Positions 17,418-26,907 of a stretch of DNA of 32,827 bases are shown in pieces (position 1 is the stretch's first letter; every line of letters begins with the position of its first letter). A program made the position numbers and the translations under genes. Source of the DNA: an uncultured Chroococcidiopsis sp. (GTDB lineage: Bacteria; Cyanobacteriota; Cyanobacteriia; Cyanobacteriales; Chroococcidiopsidaceae); the NCBI GenBank assembly GCA_964248365.1, contig CAXTYC010000047.1, forward strand, positions 1-32,827, given 5' to 3'. Below the pieces are notes generated by a model, which saw only the letters and a list, made by a program, of their open reading frames with translations, did not search any database and was not told the origin of the DNA.

Positions 17418-18995
17418 CTAGCCCCCAGCCTCTAGCCCCTCAACTAAAGGCAGAAAAACCGTTAGGACTTCGCCTAGATGAGGTCGCTGTCGTACGATTA
17501 GTTTTCCGCCAATTGCCTGGAATAGATGTTTTGTCGCTGCGAGATTGAGACTAATGTTACCTGTTTCAGGTTGGAACGTGAGTAACTGACCAAGAGATTT
17601 GCGGATTGGGGGAACCCAAAAATTTTCTGCTTCGCTGTTTTCTCCAAATTGGGATTGGGAAAAAAGTTGTAACTTTAACTGATCTCCTGCTGGCATTACT
17701 TGTACCTGAATATGACTGCCTGCAGGTAAGCTACGGGTAAAGTTCTCAATCAAGCCTGTAAGTACTTGATCTAGCTGACTTGGATGACTGATTACCGTTG
17801 GCATCTGCTGGGGCATCACAACATCCAAAGTCAAGTTTCGCCGTTGGGCGCTTTGTTGCCAACGGGGAATACTCTGCTGCAAAACCTGTTCTAGAGAAGT
17901 TGCAATCAGATAGGTGTTTGTATTTTTAGCTTTTGATGTTTCCAGCTCGACTGCTCTAAACATCAACTCCATGCGGTCAATTTGCTCTCTACACTCGTGT
18001 TCAATTACTTCCAAACGCTTACGCACGTCATTTCCTAAATCCCGTCGCTTTAGCAGCAAGCGGATCAATGTGCGAATTGTTGTCAGGGGTGTGCGGACTT
18101 CATGAGCAAATGCTTGTAGTAATTCCAAATCAGGACGATAGCAGGGGTTAGAGGCGTGAGGCTGGGGACTAGTAGCTAGTGGTTCTCCCTCAGCTTCCAC
18201 AGCGATCCCCGCTCCCCCAGCTCTCTTGTAGCCTCTAGCCTCTGTGCCTTTGCCTCTCGCCTCTTCCGGTTCTGGTAGATGCTTGAGTAACAAGCGGCTA
18301 AAGTGTGTTACTGTGCGGTAATCAGGGGCGATGGGAGAATATTTTTCGACTAGGGTATCTAGCTGGGAAATCAGAGATTTCGCGCTGGTTAGTTCCACAC
18401 GCGATCGCAGACTACGCCATGCCCCATCAACCACTTCTGGCTCAAAGGAAAACATAAATGCCGGAACACCATCAGTGTCTACATTGGCAACCATCACCAG
18501 GCTGAAAGAGGCGGTTAAAACTAGACAAAACTGTTCTGAAGCTAATGGATCGCCAGGTAACAATGGCACTAAGGGTGCTGCTAATGGTTCGACTTCAACT
18601 GCTACTGCGACATTTGAGATAGCTGACGCTGTTGCTGGGGGTAGTTGAAACGGCTTTTTCGTACTTTTCAACCACTCTGACGTAAATATCCATGTTGGCA
18701 TCGAAAGCAGGGCGGGTTGACTTAAAACTGGTACAGGACCTGCCAAAACTAATCCATAGCAGTTGTGAGAATTATCTGCTACCGATCGCCCATTTGCACC
18801 AATTGTTTCTAGCAGCAATTGTTCTAGGGCAAAGATCGCTCCTCGCCACTCTCGTTCTACCCTAGCCCGCTTGGGTATATTTACATTTGGCGCGTGGACA
18901 TGAGAATCTACTTCTGTTTGGCTGTGGCATACCAAATTCGATTCACTTTGGGTTATAACTTCACTTATAGTTGGTAAAATCCATTTGTACACCAC
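17418..18995 (-). CDS. Atypical histidine kinase lacking G1/G2 boxes (Hik34-like)
   Basis: H-box AHEVRTPLTTIR. The C-terminal domain has no DxGxG or GxGLG (reads QPETGNISLNLAATKHLFQAIGG). The Hik34 link is from recall. Confidence 0.75.
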   Translation of the reverse strand: MVYKWILPTISEVITQSESNLVCHSQTEVDSHVHAPNVNIPKRARVEREWRGAIFALEQLLLETIGANGRSVADNSHNCYGLVLAGPVPVLSQPALLSMPTWIFTSEWLKSTKKPFQLPPATASAISNVAVAVEVEPLAAPLVPLLPGDPLASEQFCLVLTASFSLVMVANVDTDGVPAFMFSFEPEVVDGAWRSLRSRVELTSAKSLISQLDTLVEKYSPIAPDYRTVTHFSRLLLKHLPEPEEARGKGTEARGYKRAGGAGIAVEAEGEPLATSPQPHASNPCYRPDLELLQAFAHEVRTPLTTIRTLIRLLLKRRDLGNDVRKRLEVIEHECREQIDRMELMFRAVELETSKAKNTNTYLIATSLEQVLQQSIPRWQQSAQRRNLTLDVVMPQQMPTVISHPSQLDQVLTGLIENFTRSLPAGSHIQVQVMPAGDQLKLQLFSQSQFGENSEAENFWVPPIRKSLGQLLTFQPETGNISLNLAATKHLFQAIGGKLIVRQRPHLGEVLTVFLPLVEGLEAGG

Positions 18996-19632
18996 TATTC
19001 ACCCCTTCAACAGCTAGCCACTTGTAATATGGTTTGACTAAATATAGTTGGACAATTTTCTCTAACTATGAGGTTATCGATATTGTGACACTGATAACAG
19101 CCGTAAAACCGAACCCTTAATTCGCAATTTCCCCTTCTTCTACCATCAAACTCTTTTGCAAGCGCATTCATTATGCTACCTGGCTCTGTTTCGAGAGCTT
19201 TTGATAAAAGCTATTAGCTGTTAGCTGTTGCGAGAAGGCTGGCGCGCTATTAGTATATCTTCTTTGTTTCTAGCAGATGGTTATCTTTGTAAAGGGGCGC
19301 GTCAATCATTTGCTAATTGCTAATAGCTAAATGTAGTATTTCATGATTCAAATGGTATTTTAGATTAATCAATAATATTTGAAATTTCCTCAAATGCTAA
19401 TTTTTAACATAGCATTATTAGAGATAGTTATTAAAAGGGGGGTGAACTTAAAGATTTATTTTAAAATATTATTAACCTCTCCATTGATAGAGCAGGTATT
19501 ACACCTATAGACTGATGAAAATCCTAGGTAAAAAAGGCAAAACATAGTTGATGTAGCACAAATAACAAATGAAAGTAAACATTTGTGTTTGTGCAAGTTA
19601 TAGATGATTGCTTAAATTTAGGAGAAATAAAA

Positions 19633-21054
19633 ATGGCTTTAGGTCAGCACAAGCGTGCAGTCGGTGTGTTTTCCAATCGTAGGGATGCAGAATCTGCGAT
19701 CAACGAATTAAAAAGTGCTGGCTTTCCCACAAGTAAAGTATCGGTTATTGCAAGAGATGCAGACCGCCAGGGAGATATCGCTGGTGTTGATGTGAGCGAT
19801 CGCACAGGCAACAAAGCTAACGAAGGTGCAAAAACAGGAGCGTTTACCGGAGGAGCATTAGGAGGGATTGCGGGTTTACTCGTTGGTCTAGGAACCTTAG
19901 CAATTCCTGGTGTAGGTCCAGTCCTGCTGGCGGGGGAAGTAGCCACCGCGCTAGCGACAACAGTAGCAGGTAGTGCAATTGGTGCTGCTGCTGGTGGTTT
20001 AGTTGGCGGATTAGTTGGTTTAGGTATCCCCGAAGAAAGAGCCAGAGTTTACAACGACCGAGTATCCAGAGGTGGTTATTTACTCATAGTCGATGGCTCA
20101 GAGGAAGAGATTGTTAGAGCCGAAGCAATTCTAAATCATCAAGGTATTGAGGAGCTAGGTATATACAACTTACCAACAGCTAGTGTTGACCCTACTTACT
20201 CGACCATGCCTATGGGTGGTATTGCTGACGCTGGTTACTTAGCTACGCCAATGGGGATGGGTGCTGGATTTGTAGATAGACCGATCGACTACACACCAGT
20301 TACAGGTATGGCAACAGGTTATGCATCCGAAATGTCCCCCACGCCTGGCACTTATGCTACTACCCCGATGGCTGGTACTACGGGAATGGGTGTAGAACGA
20401 CAAAAACGTGCTGTTGGAGTCTTTTCTAGTCGCCGAGAAGCAGAAGCCGCGCTGCATGAATTGAGAGCTTCTGGCTTTAACATGGACAAAGTGAATGTGG
20501 TCAACAAACACGCTGACCGCGAAGATGATATTGCTGGCGTTGGTATGAGCGATCGCGCCGGAAATAAAGCCGATGAAGGCGCTGTTACAGGTGCAGTTAC
20601 AGGCGGCGCTTTAGGAGGTCTTGGGGGTTTATTAGTTGGTCTTGGAGCTTTAGCAATTCCTGGCATTGGTCCTGTGATGCTGGCTGGTGCTACTGCTACA
20701 GCCGTTGCTACCGCTCTTTCTGGTGGTGCAATTGGTGCTGCTGCGGGTAGTTTGGTTGGCGCACTAGTTGGGTTAGGAATTCCAGAAGAGGAAGCCAACG
20801 TTTACAACCAAAGATTATCCAGAGGCGATTATCTAATCTTCGTGGATGGCACAGAATCAGAAATTCAACGTGCTGGAGCAATTCTCAGCCGAGGTGGTAT
20901 CCAACAGTGGGGTATTTACGACGCTCCTGATGCTCCTACCACTCGCAGTGAATATGTTGCTACCGACACCCCCACTATGACTGATTACGATACTAGGACT
21001 ACTAGCACTGATGCCCCTGTGACAATTATTGATCGTAGAGATCCCACTGTCTAA
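19633..21054 (+). CDS. General stress protein (YflT/DUF1269-like) with tandemly duplicated glycine-zipper module
   Basis: Two copies of KRAVGVFS.RR.AE...GLG.LAIPG.GPV...LVGLGIPEE.A.VYN.R.SRG.YL. ATG at 19633 follows the RBS GGAGA. Confidence 0.82.
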   Translation: MALGQHKRAVGVFSNRRDAESAINELKSAGFPTSKVSVIARDADRQGDIAGVDVSDRTGNKANEGAKTGAFTGGALGGIAGLLVGLGTLAIPGVGPVLLAGEVATALATTVAGSAIGAAAGGLVGGLVGLGIPEERARVYNDRVSRGGYLLIVDGSEEEIVRAEAILNHQGIEELGIYNLPTASVDPTYSTMPMGGIADAGYLATPMGMGAGFVDRPIDYTPVTGMATGYASEMSPTPGTYATTPMAGTTGMGVERQKRAVGVFSSRREAEAALHELRASGFNMDKVNVVNKHADREDDIAGVGMSDRAGNKADEGAVTGAVTGGALGGLGGLLVGLGALAIPGIGPVMLAGATATAVATALSGGAIGAAAGSLVGALVGLGIPEEEANVYNQRLSRGDYLIFVDGTESEIQRAGAILSRGGIQQWGIYDAPDAPTTRSEYVATDTPTMTDYDTRTTSTDAPVTIIDRRDPTV

Positions 21055-21429
21055 AGCAAGATTTATCGACTTTAGCTTGTAGCTGGTGGATGCGGCAATG
21101 CATAGGCGAAAGCTTTGCCGCGAGTATCACTCGTGTACAGTATTCACCATAGAAGAAGCCTGAATATTCATCTGTGGCTTCTACTAATATCTTGCACCAT
21201 ACACATACTTGTCAGGTAGAACTCGTTCCTACGCTCTCGCCTGGGAACGAGAATACGGGGCTGAGCCTGGGTGACGAAAATATTAAGGCTAAGCCTTGGT
21301 TTAGTAGCAATGCAAGATCGCAGTTCTAGTCACAAATCAAATTGCTAGCTTAATTCCTAGCTCTAAACAAGCAAGTCTTCACACACTACTTGAATTATTA
21401 CTCGACATCCTCAAATCGGAGATTTAAAA

Positions 21430-21891
21430 ATGAAAAAGCTAATTCCATTTCTTATTAGTGGAGTTTTAGTTGTTGGTGCATTTGGTTGTGCAAAAGGCGT
21501 TGAGAAAACTAGTGCTGATGCTCCCAACTCAGCTAACGAAACTACTCAAGCACCCACAGCACAAACAGCACAGCAAACTCAAAATGATGCAACTAGCGAA
21601 ACTCGTAGAAAGCAGCTAAATTCTGATATCAGAGCGCGTGAGCAGCGTAACAATGCTACAGGCGGCGATACACAAAGAGCTAGTGCTGATCTCGAAAGCG
21701 AAGTCCGCAGTAAATTAGAGGCAAATTTACCCGCAAGTCAGTTAGCTGTTGACGCTAAAGAGGGTGCGGTAACTGTGACTGGAACAGTACCTACTCAAGA
21801 ACAACTGCAAAAGATTGACACTTTGGCAAAGGAAATCAAAGGTGTTCAAAGTGTGACTAACAAAGCAACTGTTGCTCCTACGAAAAAGTAG
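21430..21891 (+). CDS. BON domain lipoprotein
   Basis: Lipobox AFGC; C-terminal BON domain (VRSKLEANL...GAVTVTGTV...EIKGVQSVTN). Confidence 0.88.
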   Translation: MKKLIPFLISGVLVVGAFGCAKGVEKTSADAPNSANETTQAPTAQTAQQTQNDATSETRRKQLNSDIRAREQRNNATGGDTQRASADLESEVRSKLEANLPASQLAVDAKEGAVTVTGTVPTQEQLQKIDTLAKEIKGVQSVTNKATVAPTKK

Positions 21892-21896
21892 TAGGC

Positions 21897-23105
21897 TCAA
21901 CAGACTTTGGGGCGGGTTTTTCTAGGATATTTGCTATCAGTAAGGATATCGGTTAAACCCGTCCCTGCTAACAATTGCTCGATGTGAGCAGTCTGATGAG
22001 TTGCCATAACTGAAATTCTAATACGACTTGTTGGCACTGTAGGAGGGCGGATAGCGGGAGCAAAAATACCAGCTTTTCTAAGTTGGGAACCAAATTCTAG
22101 AGCCTCTGATGCACTTGCTAACCCAAGACAGAGAATGGGAGACTCACAAGGTAGTAATTTGAGTTGAGGTAGTTGCCCAAATAGCTGTTTTAGATAATTT
22201 ACATTACGCCATAATTGACGGCGGCGCAGGGGTTCTTGTTGAATAATTTCAATCGCGGCTAATGCTGCTGCGGTATCAGCTGGTGAAAGAGCAGTGGTGT
22301 AAATCCAACTTGCAGCACGATTACGCAAAAAGTCAATTAAAGCAGCACTCCCAGCTACATAGCCGCCCAAACTTCCCAAGGCTTTGCTGAGAGTACCAAC
22401 TTGCACTACTTGGCTTCCTTTCCAGCCGAAGTGTTCTACACAACCAGCACCCAACGTGCCAAAAACACCAGTAGCGTGAGCCTCATCAACTAACAGCATA
22501 CAGCCGAAGTGTGTAGCTAGCTCTAACAATTCTGGCGGACACAAATCGCCATCCATACTAAAAACACTATCACTTACAATTAGACAACGGCGGAAGCGAT
22601 CGCGCTGTTTTTCCAATTGACTTTTCAAAGCTTCGACATCACAATGAGGATATTCAACAATGGTTGCACCGCTAAGAATTGCCCCATTTTTCAGACAAGA
22701 GTGATTATATTGATCTGATAAAATTAGATCGCGCTTACCAACTAAAGCAGCGATCGCACCTAAATTAGCTAGATATCCAGAACTAAATACTAAAGCATCT
22801 TCAGTTTGTTTGAGAGATGCGATCGCCACTTCTAATTGACGATGTAGTTCTCGATGTCCAGTCAATAAGCGAGAACCAGTGCTACCTGTACCAAATTCTT
22901 GCGTAGCAGCAACAGCAGCTTGAATTAGCCTTTCATCCCCTGCTAATCCCAGGTAATCGTTGCTGGCGAAATTGATCAGCGATCGTCCCTCCATTTGAAT
23001 AATAGCACCAGGACGACTCTGAATTGTCTGTACCGAGCGATACCAATCTGCTCGGTGTATTGTTTCTAAAGATTGCTCTATCCAAGCGTAAGGATCACTT
23101 ACCAT
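21897..23105 (-). CDS. bioF: 8-amino-7-oxononanoate synthase
   Basis: [52 protein letters not shown] (PLP lysine), IRPPTVP. Confidence 0.94.
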   Translation of the reverse strand: MVSDPYAWIEQSLETIHRADWYRSVQTIQSRPGAIIQMEGRSLINFASNDYLGLAGDERLIQAAVAATQEFGTGSTGSRLLTGHRELHRQLEVAIASLKQTEDALVFSSGYLANLGAIAALVGKRDLILSDQYNHSCLKNGAILSGATIVEYPHCDVEALKSQLEKQRDRFRRCLIVSDSVFSMDGDLCPPELLELATHFGCMLLVDEAHATGVFGTLGAGCVEHFGWKGSQVVQVGTLSKALGSLGGYVAGSAALIDFLRNRAASWIYTTALSPADTAAALAAIEIIQQEPLRRRQLWRNVNYLKQLFGQLPQLKLLPCESPILCLGLASASEALEFGSQLRKAGIFAPAIRPPTVPTSRIRISVMATHQTAHIEQLLAGTGLTDILTDSKYPRKTRPKVC

Positions 23106-23333
23106 TGTGAATCAAATCATTTACATCCGGCGGCGTTGCATATATTTAGAATAATTATTTCACGCAAAGACAAGGACACCCAGGTGGGCGGGTTTCCCGA
23201 CTCTCGTTGCGTGTCCGCGCGCTCGTCGCTCAGGTAAGAAGAGAAAGTTGAAAATAGATCATTTTCTGTTTATTCTTGCTTAAAGATACTAGAAGTTATA
23301 TCCGTTTATCTTCTTAGCTTAGCGTCATTGCGC

Positions 23334-23609
23334 CTTTTGAACTCCAAGTATCAGTTTTAAATTTCTCTAGCAGCAGTGAGCAGACTGCCAGAGCTTCTAT
23401 TTGTTCTCTAGTTATGCCTTGTTTTTGCAGCCAAGCTTCGCTTTGACGATGGCTGATTGGCGTTTCTCTTGTGTGCAAGAGTAGCTCGCGCTCGCCTCGT
23501 CAATAATTATGCCTCGCAACAATTGGGGCAGCAACTGATAGCGACTTAATAATGTGGGAATTTCCCCAACTGGGATTATCTTGCCACTAACTTGAAATTT
23601 TTTTGCCAG
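23334..23609 (-). pseudogene. Truncated, frameshifted N-terminus of a cyanobacterial PpiC-type peptidylprolyl isomerase
   Basis: Manual translation FQVSGKIIPVGEIPTLLSRYQLLPQLLRGIIIDEA...CTQEKRQSAI, then a frameshift, then EAWLQKQGITREQIEALAVCSLLLEKFKTDTWSSK. No ATG and no rotamase domain. Confidence 0.72.
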
Positions 23610-23898
23610 ATTTTTTTATACAGCCGTCTCCTTGATTGTGCTGACTTGACACATGGACAAGGCTGCCAATTATTTTTAATTTATGCGACGACTAATACTA
23701 ATTTCGATATTACCCAGACCGCCAAGGGAAATTGCAAAAAAGTTTTTATCCCTTGATTGAAAAGAGTATTATTGGTGCGATTGACTATATAGACACCAAG
23801 CGCAGGTGCAATGATTTCGGAAATTTTGACAAAATTTAATTTTTGTTTACAATTGTATATATTAGTGTTCAGCCCTCAGAGTAACAGACGCTCGCGTC

Positions 23899-24090
23899 TA
23901 TAGCAACCGCAACCCATTTGTGAAATCTTCCATTGTGGTTGTCCTTTGATAAAAGCTATTAGCTGTTAGCTTTTTGTTCTTTGTTTGCAACTCTTGGCTA
24001 ATGACTCAAAGCTAAATCTACGTGGGGGTTTATTTGGGTTATCTATTGCCCAATTTAGCCACCCATGCCCACCAAATTAGGATTGCTATA
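23899..24090. mobile_element. MITE-like element with TATAGCAA termini
   Basis: TATAGCAACCGCAACCCATTTGTG ... CACCAAATTAGGATTGCTATA, with TA at both ends as in IS630-type elements; carries TTAGCTG heptamers. Confidence 0.62.
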
Positions 24091-24118
24091 TTATTTAATT
24101 TAAAATAGGTGTAACCAG

Positions 24119-24895
24119 GTGAGTTATCAATTTATTGAAAAGCAAGTTAATGTAAATGGATACAATATTTGCTATTTAGAAGGAGGAATCAGCACATCAG
24201 AGCCGATATTATTTTTACATGGCTGGGGTGTAGGAATCGAACCTTATCAAGAAGTTATCAATGTTTTATGTCAACGCTATAAAGTTATAGCACCATATTT
24301 ACCAGGATTTGGTAAATCAGAGAGAAAAAAATTAAATTGGGATTATGAAAAATATGCAAATTTTATAATTGCTTTTTTACGAGAATTAAAAATAAAAAAA
24401 ATAAATTTAATTGGACATTCTTTAGGAGGAGGAATAGGGGCTACATTAGCAGCTACAGTGCCAGACATGGTGAGCAGTTTAATATTAGTAGACAGTACAG
24501 GGATACCTGTAGATCCTATACCAAAAGTGTTAGTTCAAAGAACAATTGAAATGACGGCACAAACGCCACAAATAAGATATCCTCAAATCCAACAAGTTTT
24601 TCAAGGTTTTGCTTACAATCTTTTCTTCAAAACTCAAAATACTATATATGTATTATTACTATCATTAACAAAAGATTTAAAATCAATTTTACCACAAATA
24701 CAATCTCCTTGTCTAATTGTTTGGGGAGCTAAGGATTTGACAACTCCCCTTAGTGCTGGTAAAGAATTTTATCGACTTATTAAAAATTCAAAGTTAGTAG
24801 TTGTGGAGGAAGGCTATCACGAATGGAGTATATTTTTCGTGGATAAATTTACAAAAATTGTTTTTAATTTTCTTGATGAAAAGATTATGCATTAG
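24119..24895 (+). CDS. Alpha/beta fold hydrolase
   Basis: FLHGWG, LPGFG, GHSLGG nucleophile, WGAKD, C-terminal His (GYHEW). Visibly AT-rich. Confidence 0.9.
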   Translation: MSYQFIEKQVNVNGYNICYLEGGISTSEPILFLHGWGVGIEPYQEVINVLCQRYKVIAPYLPGFGKSERKKLNWDYEKYANFIIAFLRELKIKKINLIGHSLGGGIGATLAATVPDMVSSLILVDSTGIPVDPIPKVLVQRTIEMTAQTPQIRYPQIQQVFQGFAYNLFFKTQNTIYVLLLSLTKDLKSILPQIQSPCLIVWGAKDLTTPLSAGKEFYRLIKNSKLVVVEEGYHEWSIFFVDKFTKIVFNFLDEKIMH

Positions 24896-25114
24896 ACCTG
24901 TTGCACGAATATGCGCGATCGCCTAGGGTTTAACGAAGTAGGGGAGTTATTGGGGCTTGTCGGGACATCCCATGTAAATATTAGTCAATCAACAGGATGG
25001 CGACACCTCCCATGCAGGAATAGCGGTTGCATTATCATCCCAGTAGCGAGTTTCTTCTTGTGACTCCACATTCTTTCCAAATCTTCTAAAGCTCGAAAGC
25101 ATCTGTGATTCCCG

Positions 25115-25818
25115 TCAGGTAAATGCTTCTGCACTAGATGGCTCACAGCCTCTTTTGTGCTTTGTAGGAATTGCCATACTTTTATATCTTGGAAATAATG
25201 GAATATAAGGTTTAAACTGAATTGTTAAGGTGTTGGGTTGCGTTAGATCCCAGCGATAAGAGATGATGCTTTGCCAAGCAACAAACGCATACATAAAGCA
25301 AATACCATTTTCTCTAATCTCCAGTCGGTTTAATCCGATTGCAACCGAGAGATCGCACAAGACCACCAGAAGGCGAGAATAGCAACATCCATAGATAGAT
25401 CGGTAGACATTCGATGCGTGTTCACAACTTGCGTCGATGAAACTATTAGCACAAACAAGCAAGTTAAACAGCCTGCATAGAAGACTCCTAGCAACCCAAA
25501 CCAGAATAGAAATTTGTTTTGTACGGTTCGTCCGACATTAAGTTGTAATTTCCCCGCCTCTTTTGTGCGGAAGCTCCAACTTAGAAGCCATACACTGGTT
25601 CCGACTGCATAAAGAAGATAAAAACCGATCCAGCCATATTTTCCCAATGTTGCGATCGCCAATGCAAGGGCAAATCCGAGCAGCAGCAAAACGATAGTAG
25701 ATCTCAAAATTCTGCGGCCTGCTTCGCGCCCTACCATTTGCGCTGCTGCTGAATATCTAAACCAGAGAAAACTAGCCACTAAAACTACGCAAAACAAGAA
25801 ACTCAAATACCAGTTCAT
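25115..25818 (-). pseudogene. Frameshifted membrane protein (DUF5673-like C-terminus)
   Basis: The multi-TM ORF 25330-25818 continues in another frame near 25345 as VAIGLNRLEIRENGI....VAW..I.SYRW...PNTLTI. Confidence 0.65.
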
Positions 25819-26020
25819 AACGATTTCCTTGAATTATCAAAAAACCCTCCATGTTCTAGGCTTTAACAACTATTGTGTTTGCGATCGCCTCGTGAATACA
25901 GCGTTGATTAGGTGTATTGCTTGTTTAAAAAAGCGCTGTCAATCCCTTTTAACGATAAGATTGGGGAAATAAAATCTAGATAAAACTAACATTTTGGCAA
26001 TTGTGTTTGCAAGATTATTA

Positions 26021-26173
26021 GAGGATGTTTTCAAAGTCAAATCTGGAATAAGTTCGTCATCCTAAGTGAAGCGAAGCGTAACGAATAATCTAGAATGACG
26101 GGCATATACTCAGATGTTTCACACAGTGTTGCTGCCTTCAAAATGACCTCAAAAAAAATTTCTCAACCATCCT
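26021..26173. mobile_element. Degenerate MITE-like element
   Basis: GAGGATGTTTTCAAAG ... TTCTCAACCATCCTC imperfect TIRs with an internal CGTCATCCTA..TAGAATGACG stem. Confidence 0.45.
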
Positions 26174-26321
26174 CGTTATAGTAGAAAGAAAGTAATTTTA
26201 AGGAAATGAATCAGGCGTGAATACTTAGGAAAACATCAAATTAGGCAGGAATAGGTAGGAGAAATTTGTCTCAATAATTTATTTCTGCATACCATCTTTT
26301 GTAACACTAATAGATTTAGTA

Positions 26322-26642
26322 TTAATGGAAGATTACAGTCTTTCCATGTCTTGTAAAATTTCCGTACATAGCCCAATCAATTGAAGGCTTTTGATCTTTT
26401 TTCTAAGTGTTTGCAACATTATTGATGGTTGCTTTTGTTCTGTGGTTTAAATTGTCTTTAGAAATGTGCTGTGGATTTAGCCCAGGAGCAGAGCTAGTTG
26501 AATTTCTACGTTCTGGTTTTTTACCAGGCTATAGAGCTTGAGCCATCAATTGTTCAGTTGCACTTGCGGGTTTGAGGGTTGCAAAAGGTGTCAGTACCAC
26601 TGTTGCAGTTAATAAGCCAAAAAACAGTTGTCTAGCGTTCAT
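26322..26642 (-). pseudogene. Small secreted protein with two in-frame TAG stops
   Basis: AGGAG RBS, ATG at 26642. Reads MNARQLFFGLLTATVVLTPFATLKPASA|TEQLMAQAL*PGKK...NVANT*KKDQKPSIDWAMYGNFTRHGKTVIFH*; stops at 26529-26531 and 26403-26405. Confidence 0.55.
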
Positions 26643-26907
26643 GATTGGATCTCCTATTATGTTTTGCTTGCTGTTGGTTTGCTTTGTTGTGTCAGGATGG
26701 GGTATCTGATGGGTTTAATTTACGGACGACTTAAGTAAGGCGATCGCAGATCACCCATTAGAACGGCTTGTCGAATTGGATAAATCTGTCAGAGCTTAAT
26801 GCGTACTAATTTATTTTTTGGAAGTATTGTATTTGTCACTAGCATTGGCTTTCTTCTCGCTTGAACTCCCTTGTGTACTTGATTGAGATTTGTTTTTTTG
26901 TTGTTTC

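Noticed and set aside
19644..20798. Antisense Pro/Ala-rich ORFs
   Set aside because: Mirror of the Gly/Ala-rich sense gene.
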